Assembly: GCA_035493495.1 (NCBI GenBank)
Contig: DATJIG010000142.1
Coordinates: 1-63,840, forward strand
Source: Alphaproteobacteria bacterium
GTDB taxonomy: Bacteria; Pseudomonadota; Alphaproteobacteria; SMXQ01
DNA length: 63,840 nucleotides
Direction: 5' to 3'
Below are positions 55,017 to 63,840 of the stretch, in pieces. Positions within the stretch are counted from its first letter, which is position 1. Each line of letters begins with the position of its first letter. The position numbers were made by a program, and so were the translations under genes. The notes under the pieces were generated by a model, which was not told the origin of the DNA, ran no database searches, and was given only the letters and a program-made list of their open reading frames with translations.

Positions 55017-56125
55017 CCGACGTTGCGTGGCAGGTCCGTCCGGGCATTCTCGACATCGAGCCCTATGAGGGCGGCAAGTCGAAGCTCAAGGGCCAGAACC
55101 GGGTTATCAAGCTGTCGTCGAACGAAGGTGCCCTCGGGCCGAGTCCCAAGGCAGTCGCCGCCTTCAAAGCCGCGGGCAAGACCCTCGACCGTTATCCCGA
55201 CGGCGGCTCGGTCGCGCTGCGCGAGGCGATCGCCAAGCGCTTCAAGCTCGACTTCGACCTGATCACCTGCGGCGCCGGGTCCGATGAGCTTCTTGGGCTC
55301 GTCGGCCGCGCCTTCGCCGGTCCCGGCGACGAAGTCATCTACACCGAGCACGGATTCCTGATCTATCCGATCATCGCCAAGTCTGTCGGCGCGGTGCCGG
55401 TCAAGGCGCCGGAGAAGAACCTGACGGCGAACGTCGACACGATCCTCGCGGCGGTGACGCCGCGCACCAAGATCGTCTACATCGCCAATCCCAACAACCC
55501 GACCGGCAGCTATCTGCCCGCGAGCGAGATGAAGCGCCTGCGCGCCGGACTGCCGCGCGAGGTCGTGCTCGTGGTCGATGCCGCGTACGCCGAATTCGTC
55601 ACCGCCAAGAACTACGAGCCTGGCATCGCGCTGGTCGACGCGGCGCGCGAGTCGGGCGACGACAACGTCATCATGACGCGCACCTTCTCCAAGGTGTTCG
55701 GACTCGGTGGTCTGCGTCTCGGCTGGTCGTACACGCCCAAATCGGTCGCTGACCTGTTCAACCGCATCCGCATGCCGTTCAACATCTCGGCGGCGGCGCA
55801 GGCTGCGGGGATCGCCGCGCTCGCCGACAAGGCGCACACCGCGCGCGCCGTCGCCCACACGGTGAAGTGGCGCGAATGGCTGGATGCGCGCCTGAAGACA
55901 CTCGGGCTCACCGTGCATCCGTCGGTCGCCAACTTCGTGACCGTCGAATTCGCGGCAAGCGGGCGTCACACCATGTCGGCGGCCGATGCGTATCTCAACA
56001 GCCGCGGCATCATCGTGCGGCAGATCGGCAAATACGGCTTGCCCAACTGCCTCCGCATCACCATCGGCCGCGCCGGCGAGACGCGCGCCGTGGCCGAGGC
56101 CTTGCAGAAGTTCTTAGCCAGTTAG
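55013..56125 (+). CDS. hisC: histidinol-phosphate / aromatic aminotransferase
   Basis: 370 aa. PLP-lysine block TRTFSKVFGLGGLRLGW and IANPNNPTG. Confidence 0.9.
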   Translation: MTDVAWQVRPGILDIEPYEGGKSKLKGQNRVIKLSSNEGALGPSPKAVAAFKAAGKTLDRYPDGGSVALREAIAKRFKLDFDLITCGAGSDELLGLVGRAFAGPGDEVIYTEHGFLIYPIIAKSVGAVPVKAPEKNLTANVDTILAAVTPRTKIVYIANPNNPTGSYLPASEMKRLRAGLPREVVLVVDAAYAEFVTAKNYEPGIALVDAARESGDDNVIMTRTFSKVFGLGGLRLGWSYTPKSVADLFNRIRMPFNISAAAQAAGIAALADKAHTARAVAHTVKWREWLDARLKTLGLTVHPSVANFVTVEFAASGRHTMSAADAYLNSRGIIVRQIGKYGLPNCLRITIGRAGETRAVAEALQKFLAS

Positions 56126-56161
56126 GGTCGGGTCAGTCAGCAACGCGAGTTAGGAACGGCG

Positions 56162-57241
56162 ATGGCGAGAAAGAAAAAGACGCGCGCGGCGGGTCCGGGG
56201 CGCGGACCGAGCCGAGGCAAGGGCGGAAGCAAGGCGACAAAGACGAAGCGCGGCACGCTGCCGGCATCGACATCGGCCAGTCGGCGCAAGCACACGGCGC
56301 GCCCGACCCGTCGTCCGCCCCGCGCCGAAGGTCGCGGTCGGGCCCGCGCCCGCGCCGTCAAGGCGCCGCTGTTCCGGCGTGTCGCCTTCATCGGCCTCGG
56401 CCTGATCGGCTCGTCGCTCGCGCGGTTCCTGAAGCGTGAAGGTCTCGCCCAGACCATCGTCGGCCACGCGCGCACCGCCGCGACGATGGCCAAGTCGCTC
56501 GAACTCGGTTTCATCGATCGCGTGGCCGCGACGCCCGAGGACGCGGTCCGCGGCGCCGATCTCGTCGTCGTCGCGACGCCGGTCGGCGCGTGCGGCGCGA
56601 TCGCTCAGGCGATTGGTCCGCATCTCGCGCCGGGGGCGATCGTCACCGACGTGGGCTCGGTCAAGGCGGCGGTCGTCCGAGACATGGGCCCGCACATTCC
56701 CGGGGGCGTGCACTTCGTTCCCGCCCACCCAGTCGCCGGCACCGAGCATTCGGGTCCCGAGGCCGGGTTCGCCGACCTCTTCCGCGGTCGCTGGTGCATC
56801 CTGACGCCGCCCGCCGGCACCGACGAGACGGCGGTGAAGAAGCTCGCCGAGATGTGGCGACTCACCGGCAGCCACGTCGACGTCATGGATCCGGCGCACC
56901 ACGACAAGGTGCTGGCGATCACCTCGCACCTGCCGCACCTGATCGCCTACTGCATCGTCGGCACGGCGACGGATCTCGAGGAGCACCTGAAGGGCGAGGT
57001 CGTCAAGTTCGCCGCCGGCGGCTTCCGCGACTTCACCCGCATCGCCGCGTCGGATCCGATCATGTGGCGCGACATCTTCCTCACCAACCGCGACGCGCTC
57101 CTCGAGATGGCGGGCCGTCTCGCCGAGGACCTTGCGGCGTTGCAACGCATGATCCGCTGGGGCGAGGGCGAGAAGATCGAAGAGATCCTGCGCCGCGCCC
57201 GCGGCATTCGCCGGTCGATCATCGAGGCGGGTCAGGCTTAG
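56162..57241 (+). CDS. tyrC: prephenate/arogenate dehydrogenase with a basic N-terminal extension of about 70 aa
   Basis: Rossmann VAFIGLGLIGSS and HPVAGTEHSG. The only in-frame ATG/GTG/TTG upstream of the Rossmann motif is the ATG at 56162. Confidence 0.9.
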   Translation: MARKKKTRAAGPGRGPSRGKGGSKATKTKRGTLPASTSASRRKHTARPTRRPPRAEGRGRARARAVKAPLFRRVAFIGLGLIGSSLARFLKREGLAQTIVGHARTAATMAKSLELGFIDRVAATPEDAVRGADLVVVATPVGACGAIAQAIGPHLAPGAIVTDVGSVKAAVVRDMGPHIPGGVHFVPAHPVAGTEHSGPEAGFADLFRGRWCILTPPAGTDETAVKKLAEMWRLTGSHVDVMDPAHHDKVLAITSHLPHLIAYCIVGTATDLEEHLKGEVVKFAAGGFRDFTRIAASDPIMWRDIFLTNRDALLEMAGRLAEDLAALQRMIRWGEGEKIEEILRRARGIRRSIIEAGQA

Positions 57242-57245
57242 CGGG

Positions 57246-57866
57246 TCAGCCCGCCACCGTCGAGGCAACGAAGAAGAAGCCGTAAACCACGCTCGCGGCG
57301 AAGGCGAAAGCGGCTACACCGACGGCGGCGCCAAGCACGACGAAAATGCCGTCCCGTGCGAGTACGCCGACGGCGATCAGAGCGCAGCCAATGGCCGGCG
57401 GCGAATTGCCGAATGGGATAGGCAGCGCCATGACGATGCCGAGTACGACCATGAGGCCGCCCGCGAGGCTGAGCGCTGTGCCGCGGGTCAGCGGCTGGAG
57501 TCGGGGGCGCATCAGGCGCTCCGCCTTCTCGATGTAGGGAACACATTTCGCAATCACGACCCGGATCGTTTTGCTCGGCACCTTCACCCGCCGGAGCCGG
57601 TTCGGCAGCCGCACGCTGCGGCGCCCGATGGCAAGTTGGAGCGCGATGGCGATGATCAGGAGACCGAAGATCGTCGACACGCCGGGCAGGTTCGGGATGA
57701 TCATCGGCAGCGCCGCGACCAGGATCAGGAGCCCGAAGGCGTGTGCGCCCAGGTGATCGGCAATGCGGTCCACCGATACCATCGGCTCGTCGAGGCTATC
57801 GGCGAGAGCGCTCAGAACTTCTGAAATGCTTCTATGGCCCGTGCGCTCCGCACTGCCACGCGCCAT
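57246..57866 (-). CDS. exoD: exopolysaccharide synthesis protein ExoD family
   Basis: 206-aa membrane protein. AFGLLILVAALPMIIPNLPGVSTIFGL block typical of ExoD. Confidence 0.8.
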   Translation of the reverse strand: MARGSAERTGHRSISEVLSALADSLDEPMVSVDRIADHLGAHAFGLLILVAALPMIIPNLPGVSTIFGLLIIAIALQLAIGRRSVRLPNRLRRVKVPSKTIRVVIAKCVPYIEKAERLMRPRLQPLTRGTALSLAGGLMVVLGIVMALPIPFGNSPPAIGCALIAVGVLARDGIFVVLGAAVGVAAFAFAASVVYGFFFVASTVAG

Positions 57867-57869
57867 ACG

Positions 57870-59102
57870 TCAGCGGCCGTCGGGCATGTCGACGTGTGGC
57901 GCGGGAGCCGCGACCGGCGCATCCTCATCGACCGGAGCCGACGGAGCCGGTGCGGAAGGTGCGGATGGCGCCTCAGGCGCGTGAGTCTCGCCCGGCCAGT
58001 CGATCCGTGGGACCTGCATCAGCGCGACCGGCCCCATCAACAGCTTTCCGTTCTGGATCGTCAGCGGCGCCGCGAGCTCGGGCTCGGCACCGGGCGTCGG
58101 TGGCCGTGCCAGATAGGCGAGGAACTGCTTCGCGGTGTTCGCGTCATTGAGCTTGATCACCTGCGACGCCGCGAGTGCGTCGAGTGCCGGAGCGAAGCCC
58201 TGGACTCGGCCGGTGCCGGCGGCCATCGGCTGCATGTCGCCGTCGAGCGCGAACGTCCCTTCGGCCGCCAACGTCAGCGGCCCGAAGCGTGCCAGCAGGC
58301 GGGGCATCTGCATCACGCCGCCGGTGTCGCGCCAGGCGCGGAACGCCGCGGTATCGAGTGGCGCATTGAGCGGGCCGAGGACGTGGGTCTCGAGCACCAG
58401 TGTCGCGATTTTCCGACCCATCGGCGTCGCGGCCTGCGGTGGCAGTGTGAGACCGAACAACTGGAGCCGCGCGCTGTAGGCTTCCGTTCGCTCGTCGATG
58501 GGCGCGACGTGTGCCCGCGCCAGATCGACGGTCGCCGAGTCGAGCTGGACGACATCCCCGCCGGGCATCGCCACGGACACATTCGAAAGTCGTACCGCCA
58601 TCGTCTCGCGACCGGGATCGCGGCCGAATCGGGCGTTCGCGATGCCGGCGTCGACCGCGAGATCGAGCGGTCGGCCGAAGGCGGTGGCCTGCACGTGACT
58701 GCTGCCATCGGCGACGATCTCGATCGACCGCGGCGAGAACAGCGACACGCGCACCTCGGCCTTGTCGGCCTGCCACGACCACGGTCCGGGTGCCCCCGGG
58801 GGCATCGAGATCTCTGGTTTCGTCAGCACCACGGTCGGGCGGAAGGGGAACCCGGTGCGCTGTCGCGCATCGGCCGTCAGCTTGCCGCCCTGGGCGGCAA
58901 GCTGTTCGGCAGTCGCGTCGATCTCGGATTCGATCCGGGTGGCGATCAGCCACCATCCGGCGACCAGCGCGCCGACTCCGATCAGCAGCGCCGCCACGAC
59001 GGCCGAGAATACCGTCCGTCCCCGGCGCCGGGGGGCGGGCACATAGGGAATGATGTCTGGCTCGATCTCGAAGTCGGAATAGCGATCGGTGGGCAATGAC
59101 AT
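57870..59102 (-). CDS. membrane-anchored conserved hypothetical protein (DUF2125-like)
   Basis: Internal ATG at 59102. Single TM helix (VFSAVVAALLIGVGALVAGWW) followed by a periplasmic domain of about 330 aa. The family assignment is from memory only. Confidence 0.5.
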   Translation of the reverse strand: MSLPTDRYSDFEIEPDIIPYVPAPRRRGRTVFSAVVAALLIGVGALVAGWWLIATRIESEIDATAEQLAAQGGKLTADARQRTGFPFRPTVVLTKPEISMPPGAPGPWSWQADKAEVRVSLFSPRSIEIVADGSSHVQATAFGRPLDLAVDAGIANARFGRDPGRETMAVRLSNVSVAMPGGDVVQLDSATVDLARAHVAPIDERTEAYSARLQLFGLTLPPQAATPMGRKIATLVLETHVLGPLNAPLDTAAFRAWRDTGGVMQMPRLLARFGPLTLAAEGTFALDGDMQPMAAGTGRVQGFAPALDALAASQVIKLNDANTAKQFLAYLARPPTPGAEPELAAPLTIQNGKLLMGPVALMQVPRIDWPGETHAPEAPSAPSAPAPSAPVDEDAPVAAPAPHVDMPDGR

Positions 59103-59269
59103 GCGGGCCAATCCTTGGTCGCGGAGTCCTGTGACGGCCTCGGTTGTGGTCCCAAGCGCCGACAACTGTGCCGAACGCTGCTACGCGCGCGCTTCGTCCA
59201 GCGCCCGAGAACTGTATAGTGCTGGGCGACTGCCCGTCGAGGCGGTCGCGCGACGCCCCGACGAGACGA

Positions 59270-59950
59270 ATGGCGAGATTGTCCCGAACACACAAGGCGA
59301 CGACCAAGGCGAAATTCGCGTCCCGCGCGTCACCGAAGCGGCACCGTGTCACAACCCGTGCCACATCCGGACACAAGCGCGCGTCCGCACCGCTGCGCGA
59401 GCCGCTGATCTGGATTTTCGGCTACGGCTCGTTGATGTGGAATCCGGGCTTCCGCTACGGCCGTCTCGAATACGGATTGGTACGCGGCTGGCATCGCGCG
59501 TTCTGCGTCTACTCGCACGTGTGGCGCGGCACGCCGGAATGCCCCGGCCTGGTGCTTGGGCTCGATCGCGGCGGCGCCTGCAAGGGCGTGGCATTCGCGG
59601 TTCCGATTGCCGACGAAGACAAGGTGCTCGCGTATCTCGACGAGCGGGAGCGCGTCACCAACGTTTATCTGCGGCGGCGGCTGCCGGTGACACTTGCGTC
59701 GGGCAAGGTGGTGGACGCCTGGGGCTATGTCGTCGACCGCCGGCACCACCAGTACGCGTGCAAGCTGCCGACCGCCCAGGCCGCGCGGATCATTGCGATC
59801 AGTGAAGGAAAGGGTGGGACGAATCCCGAGTATCTCGAGAACACCATCCTGCATCTCGACCAGATGGGAATTCCCGAGGGTCCGCTCCACGATCTGCGCG
59901 ATTGCGTGCGCGCGCTGATCGTGCCGAAGCCGCGGACCCGGCGCGGCTAG
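59270..59950 (+). CDS. chaC: ChaC-family gamma-glutamylcyclotransferase
   Basis: IFGYGSLMWNPGF motif and LDERE catalytic-Glu region. The ATG at 59270 is the nearest in-frame start and gives a basic leader of about 45 aa. Confidence 0.85.
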   Translation: MARLSRTHKATTKAKFASRASPKRHRVTTRATSGHKRASAPLREPLIWIFGYGSLMWNPGFRYGRLEYGLVRGWHRAFCVYSHVWRGTPECPGLVLGLDRGGACKGVAFAVPIADEDKVLAYLDERERVTNVYLRRRLPVTLASGKVVDAWGYVVDRRHHQYACKLPTAQAARIIAISEGKGGTNPEYLENTILHLDQMGIPEGPLHDLRDCVRALIVPKPRTRRG

Positions 59951-60045
59951 GCCATTTCGCGCCCGGAGTCGCGCCGATCAGATGCCAATTAGGTGCCCGG
60001 GGCGCCTCGGCCCTCGCTGAGAGCGACGCCTTGCGCCGATTCTTT

Positions 60046-60070
60046 GGCACGAATTGACCACTCGCACGTT
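60046..60070 (+). promoter_or_regulatory. EcfG-like promoter motif candidate
   Basis: GGCAC-N16-CGTT, about 40 nt upstream of the ATG at 60109. Confidence 0.25.
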
Positions 60071-60108
60071 GCCTGACGGGACAGCAGCATCCCGTCGGGA
60101 GACAGATC

Positions 60109-60450
60109 ATGCACATCGAGCATCGAGCCACGCCGGCACCTACGCGATCCATCGCGGTGCGTGGGACGGCTGCGGCCGTTGCTGCGCTGGCGCTGCTGCT
60201 GGCCGCCGCGCCTGGCCCGGTGCTCGCCGATGGGCTCCTGAAGGACGACAGCGCAAAGGCGATGATCCTGCTGATGTCGTTGAGCCAGGCCCTGGCGCAG
60301 AAGGGCACGCCGGCGCCGACGAAGCCTGAAGCGAAGCCGGTTCCGGTCGCGGCCGCCGAACGAACGACGGGCGAAGCCGTCGGCGCGTCGCATTCGACGC
60401 CGGCCGGCGCCGGAGTTTCCGGTGCGGCGACTCCTCCCGCCGAGCGCTAG
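60109..60450 (+). CDS. small secreted Ala/Pro-rich hypothetical protein
   Basis: GGGAGA RBS 6 nt before the ATG. Signal-like segment AAAVAALALLLAAAPGPVLA-DG. No recognisable family. Confidence 0.45.
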   Translation: MHIEHRATPAPTRSIAVRGTAAAVAALALLLAAAPGPVLADGLLKDDSAKAMILLMSLSQALAQKGTPAPTKPEAKPVPVAAAERTTGEAVGASHSTPAGAGVSGAATPPAER

Positions 60451-60453
60451 GTC

Positions 60454-61464
60454 TCAGGGCAAGCGAAACGTCAGGTTGTCGGCGACCTTTCCGCTGCCGC
60501 CGCATCCCTTGGCGCCGCCGATCACGTAGAGCGTGTCGCCGACCGCCTCGGCCGCGAACGCGTGCCGCCCGCTCGGAAGCGGCGCATAGGTTCCCCACGT
60601 CCGCGTCGCCGGATCGTAGGCCTCGTTCTTGTCGTAGGTTTTGCCGTTGCGGCACTCGCCGCCCAAGAAGAAGAGAAGGCCGCGGTAACGCGCGAACGCG
60701 CCGCCCGAGCGCGGCGTCGGCATCGGCAGCGCCGACGACCAGGTGCCGCTCTTTGGATTGAAGACCTCCTGCATTCCGAGATTTTCGTCGGCACCCCCCG
60801 AGCGCCCCCCGACGACGTGGATGCGATCGCCGATCACGGCAATTCCCATGTGGTCGCGCGCGGTCGGCATCGGCGGCGCCGGCGACCACGTCCGCGTCTT
60901 GGGATCGTAGACGTCGTGGGCGGCGAGCGGACCGGCCTCGTCGCTGACACGGCCGCCGATCAGGTGCAATTGCCCGCGGACGACCGCGAGGTTGGCCGAG
61001 CCGCGCGGACCGGGAAGCCGCGGCAACGTCTCCCAGCGGTCGGTCTTCGGATCGTAGGCGTAGAAGTTGGCGACCGGCTGGCTGTGCTGCCGCGCCTTGA
61101 ATCCGCCGGCGACGTAGATCAATCCGTCGAGCACCGCCGTCGCGACGTGGCCCGCGCCGTCCGGCATCGGCGACAGCGTCTTCCATGTGTCGGTCTCGGG
61201 GTCGTAGACCTCGGTCAGGCCCGAGTCGTAACGCTCGATGGTTTTGCCATCGACGTCCTCCGACGTGTTTCCGCCGATGACGTAGATCTTGCCGTCGACG
61301 ACCGCCGCCGCGATCTCGCTGCGCACGCCCGGCATCGAGGCCTTGTGCGACCACGTTCCGGGTGCGCGTCCCGCCGGCGCGGGGGTCGACGTTGCAATCG
61401 TAAGCGTGAGAGCGGAAACCAACGCGAGGCTGAAAGCCGTCAGCTTGGGCACCACCGCCTCCAT
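60454..61464 (-). CDS. secreted Kelch-repeat beta-propeller protein
   Basis: Signal peptide. Six blades marked by IYVIGG, IYVAGG, LHLIGGR, IHVVGGR, LFFLGGE and LYVIGGA, with W/Y spacing typical of Kelch. Confidence 0.85.
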   Translation of the reverse strand: MEAVVPKLTAFSLALVSALTLTIATSTPAPAGRAPGTWSHKASMPGVRSEIAAAVVDGKIYVIGGNTSEDVDGKTIERYDSGLTEVYDPETDTWKTLSPMPDGAGHVATAVLDGLIYVAGGFKARQHSQPVANFYAYDPKTDRWETLPRLPGPRGSANLAVVRGQLHLIGGRVSDEAGPLAAHDVYDPKTRTWSPAPPMPTARDHMGIAVIGDRIHVVGGRSGGADENLGMQEVFNPKSGTWSSALPMPTPRSGGAFARYRGLLFFLGGECRNGKTYDKNEAYDPATRTWGTYAPLPSGRHAFAAEAVGDTLYVIGGAKGCGGSGKVADNLTFRLP

Positions 61465-61515
61465 TGCCCTGCGAGGGCGGCGACAGCATAGCCCGAAAGG
61501 TCGGCTGGCACAGCT

Positions 61516-62028
61516 TCACCGCGGCAAATAGACGAGGTCAGGCTCGCCCGCCTGGGGTCCGCCGGGCGTCGGACCGCCGACGCGCACCAGGATCTCGGTG
61601 CGTCCGAACAGCTCGATTCCCACGTAGCCGCGCATCCTGAGGCGACCGTCGCGATCCAGTGCCAGCGTGCCGCGATAGGTGCGGCCGTCCTCGGGGTCGT
61701 AGACGGTGCCGCCGCTCCACGTTCCATCCGCCTCCTGACGGAAGTCGCGGAGGATGGCGAGCCCGAGGACCGGGCGTGCCCGCAGCGACGCATCCGGATT
61801 GTGCACGTCGCTGTCGGCGGCGTGGGCGCGCGCCACGGCGATCAGTCGTCCGCTCGCGACTCCGGCCGGATCGACGACGATCGCGATCTTGCCGTCATGC
61901 TCGGGCGTCCACCAGATGCCGGCGATGGTGGGAGTCTGGGCGGAGGCTGGCGCGGCGGCGACGATGAGCATCGCGATCAGCACCGCGATTCGCGCAACGA
62001 TCCCGATGGCTGAGGCTTCAGGCCGCAA
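61516..62028 (-). CDS. DUF2147 domain protein (periplasmic)
   Basis: GIWWTPEHDGKIAI ... NPDASLRARPVLGLAIL ... GGTVYDPEDGRTYRGTL ... MRGYVGIELFGRTE matches the DUF2147 pattern. The start is uncertain: the TTG at 62070 lies inside the nrdJ terminator hairpin, so I prefer the TTG at 62028. Confidence 0.75.
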   Translation of the reverse strand: MRPEASAIGIVARIAVLIAMLIVAAAPASAQTPTIAGIWWTPEHDGKIAIVVDPAGVASGRLIAVARAHAADSDVHNPDASLRARPVLGLAILRDFRQEADGTWSGGTVYDPEDGRTYRGTLALDRDGRLRMRGYVGIELFGRTEILVRVGGPTPGGPQAGEPDLVYLPR

Positions 62029-62052
62029 GGATGCGAGACCTTTCCGAAAGCA

Positions 62053-62087
62053 AACCGGCGTCGACGGCAAAGCCCTCGACGCCGGTT
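62053..62087 (-). terminator. hairpin terminator downstream of nrdJ
   Basis: 12-bp perfect stem AACCGGCGTCGA / TCGACGCCGGTT with an 11-nt loop. On the minus strand it is followed by TGCTTTC. Confidence 0.55.
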
Positions 62088-62111
62088 ATCAACTTAAATT
62101 CGAGGTCGTTG

Positions 62112-63840
62112 TCACCCGCACTTCGAGTAGGCGCAGGAGACGCACACGTCGCAGCCTTCCTGACGGACGAGCGACGCCTCGCCGCACTTCGGGCACTGGC
62201 GCATGCGCGCCTCGGCGTTCACCACCTGGCGCAGCTCCGCGGGCTCGATCTTGCCTTCGCGACGCTGGCGGGTGTTGGGCATGAAGCCGATGTCGATCAT
62301 ATGCTCCTCGATCACCCCGCCGATAGCGGCGAGGAGCGACGGCACGTAGCGGCCGTTCATCCACTGGCCGCCGCGCGGGTCGAACACGGCCTTGAGCTCC
62401 TCGACCACGAACGACAGGTCGCCGCCGCGGCGGAACACCGCCGAGATCATGCGTGTCAGTGCGACGGTCCAGGCGTAGTGATCCATGTTCTTCGAGTTGA
62501 TGAAGATCTCGAACGGGCGTCGGCGGCCATCCTGGATCACGTCGTTGATGGTGATGTAGATGGCGTGGTCGGATTCCGGCCAGCGGACTTTGTACGTCTT
62601 CCCGGGCAGCGCCTCGGGACGGTCCAGCGGCTTCGTCATGTAGACGACGCCGCCCGCCTCGTACGGGTCGGCCGGCCGCACCGCCGGCTCGTCGAGCGGC
62701 AACTCAGGCTCGGCGTCGACGGTCGCCTTCGCGACCTCGAGCACCGCGCCGGTGATCGAGTTCGGGCGGTAGGTCGTGCAGCCCTTGCAGCCCGACTCGT
62801 AGGCCTCGAGGTAGATGTGCTTGAAGTCCTCGAAGGCGATGTCCTCGGGCACGTTGATAGTCTTCGAGATCGACGAGTCGATGTACTTCTGCACCGCCGC
62901 CTGCATCACCACGTGCTCGTTGGGCGCGAGCCGCTGGGCATCGACGAAGGCGTCGGTGAGCTGCGCGGTCTCGCCCTTGAGGCGCTTGTAGAGGCGGTAG
63001 GCGTAGTCCGATACCTCCTCGTCCTTGCGCGAGCCGTCCGGCATCAGGATGTGACGGGTGTAGGTGAAGCTGAACACCGGCTCGAGGCCGGACGACACGT
63101 TGTCGGCGAGTAGCGAGATGGTGCCGGTCGGCGCGATCGAGGTCAGCAGCGCGTTGCGGATGCCGTGCTCGGCGATCGCCGCCTGGACGTCGGGCTCGAG
63201 CGACTTGATCGCCTCGCCCTTCATATACTGGTCGCGGTCGTAGAGAGGGAACGGACCCTTTTCCTTGGCGATCTCGACCGAGGCGAGGTAGGCGGCGCGG
63301 CGGATCTCGCGCATCCAGGTCTCGGTGGTCTCGACCGCCTTCGGCGTGCCGTAGCGCACGCCGCACTGGATCAGCGCGTCGGCCAAGCCCGTGACGCCGA
63401 GGCCGATGCGGCGCTTCGCCTTCGCCTCGTGCTCCTGCTGGCTGAGCGGGAAGCGCGAGATGTCGATGACGTTGTCGAGCATCCGCACCGCGAGCGGCAC
63501 GATCGTGCGCAGCCGCTCGATGTCGAGGTGCGCGTCGGCCTCGAACGGACGGACGACGAGACGTGCCAGGTTGATCGAGCCGAGATCGCACGCGCCGTAA
63601 GGCGGCAGCGGCTGCTCGCCGCACGGATTGGTCGCGCTGATCTGCTCGCAGTACCAGAGGTTGTTCTGGCGGTTGATGCGGTCGATGAAGATCACGCCCG
63701 GTTCGGCGTAGGCATAGGTCGCGCGCATGATCTGGTCCCACAGCTCGCGCGCCTGCACCGTCTTCACGATGGCGCCGTCGAACACCAGGTTCCACGGCGC
63801 GTTTTCCTTCACCGCCTTCATGAAGTCGTCGGTGACCAGC
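62112..63840 (-). CDS. nrdJ: adenosylcobalamin-dependent (class II) ribonucleotide reductase, C-terminal part (5' end lies outside the window)
   Basis: The frame stays open to the window edge. Active-site loop [24 protein letters not shown]. Cys-rich C-terminal tail CPKCG...[13 protein letters not shown]. Confidence 0.95.
   Translation of the reverse strand, partial: LVTDDFMKAVKENAPWNLVFDGAIVKTVQARELWDQIMRATYAYAEPGVIFIDRINRQNNLWYCEQISATNPCGEQPLPPYGACDLGSINLARLVVRPFEADAHLDIERLRTIVPLAVRMLDNVIDISRFPLSQQEHEAKAKRRIGLGVTGLADALIQCGVRYGTPKAVETTETWMREIRRAAYLASVEIAKEKGPFPLYDRDQYMKGEAIKSLEPDVQAAIAEHGIRNALLTSIAPTGTISLLADNVSSGLEPVFSFTYTRHILMPDGSRKDEEVSDYAYRLYKRLKGETAQLTDAFVDAQRLAPNEHVVMQAAVQKYIDSSISKTINVPEDIAFEDFKHIYLEAYESGCKGCTTYRPNSITGAVLEVAKATVDAEPELPLDEPAVRPADPYEAGGVVYMTKPLDRPEALPGKTYKVRWPESDHAIYITINDVIQDGRRRPFEIFINSKNMDHYAWTVALTRMISAVFRRGGDLSFVVEELKAVFDPRGGQWMNGRYVPSLLAAIGGVIEEHMIDIGFMPNTRQRREGKIEPAELRQVVNAEARMRQCPKCGEASLVRQEGCDVCVSCAYSKCG

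Noticed and set aside
62112-62200. The Cys-rich C-terminal tail of NrdJ (CPKCG...[13 protein letters not shown]) as a novelty.
   Set aside because: From memory, a Cys-rich zinc-finger-like C-terminal domain is a described, common feature of class II ribonucleotide reductases, where it is involved in re-reduction of the active site. I used it only as supporting evidence for the call.
1-63840. CRISPR arrays, tRNA/rRNA genes, IS elements, integrases, prophage or toxin-antitoxin modules.
   Set aside because: Intergenic regions are short (mostly under 200 nt). By eye they contain no regularly spaced direct repeats, no tRNA-like T-arm (GGTTCGAATCC-type) sequences, and no transposase- or integrase-like ORFs. 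This was not an exhaustive computational scan.
62112-63840. A cobalamin riboswitch controlling nrdJ.
   Set aside because: The 5' end and leader of nrdJ lie beyond the window edge, so nothing can be said from this sequence.

Overview
The window is a dense, high-GC chromosomal segment. Its synteny (chorismate mutase-hisC-tyrC, metX-metW, gloB next to a methyltransferase, exoD, putA) suggests an alphaproteobacterium of the Rhizobiales type; that assignment is inference. About 55 protein genes can be supported. They include an ABC-2 exporter, a CDC48/VCP-like double AAA+ ATPase, putA, a P-type ATPase, and a MarR plus split chromate-transporter operon. There are two RND efflux systems and two orphan Bug/TctC-like binding proteins. 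There is also an operon encoding a membrane-anchored triple beta-sandwich protein with an ABC-2 transporter, followed by mpg, ppk2 and a cupin gene. Further on are an anion-type ABC transporter with a duplicated permease, a RimK-like ATP-grasp gene abutting a GNAT/C39-like peptidase fusion, and a surface-glycan cluster (two GT4, a methyltransferase, AsnB, an O-antigen-ligase-like gene and a TPR-GT41). The rest covers glutathione-related genes, Met and aromatic amino-acid biosynthesis, and the 3' part of a class II ribonucleotide reductase. I saw no rRNA, tRNA, CRISPR array, transposase or integrase. The best candidates for poorly described systems are: (1) the translationally abutted RimK-like ligase and GNAT/papain-like peptidase pair at 37756-40485; (2) the stand-alone bacterial CDC48-like ATPase at 1197-3473; (3) the triple-domain surface protein plus ABC-2 operon at 26768-29809. 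Smaller oddities are Ser/Gly-rich and Pro/Tyr/His-rich secreted proteins, basic N-terminal extensions on TyrC and ChaC, a signal-peptide-bearing SAM methyltransferase, and EcfG-like promoter motifs. All homology calls come from motif recognition by eye and none was checked by database search.
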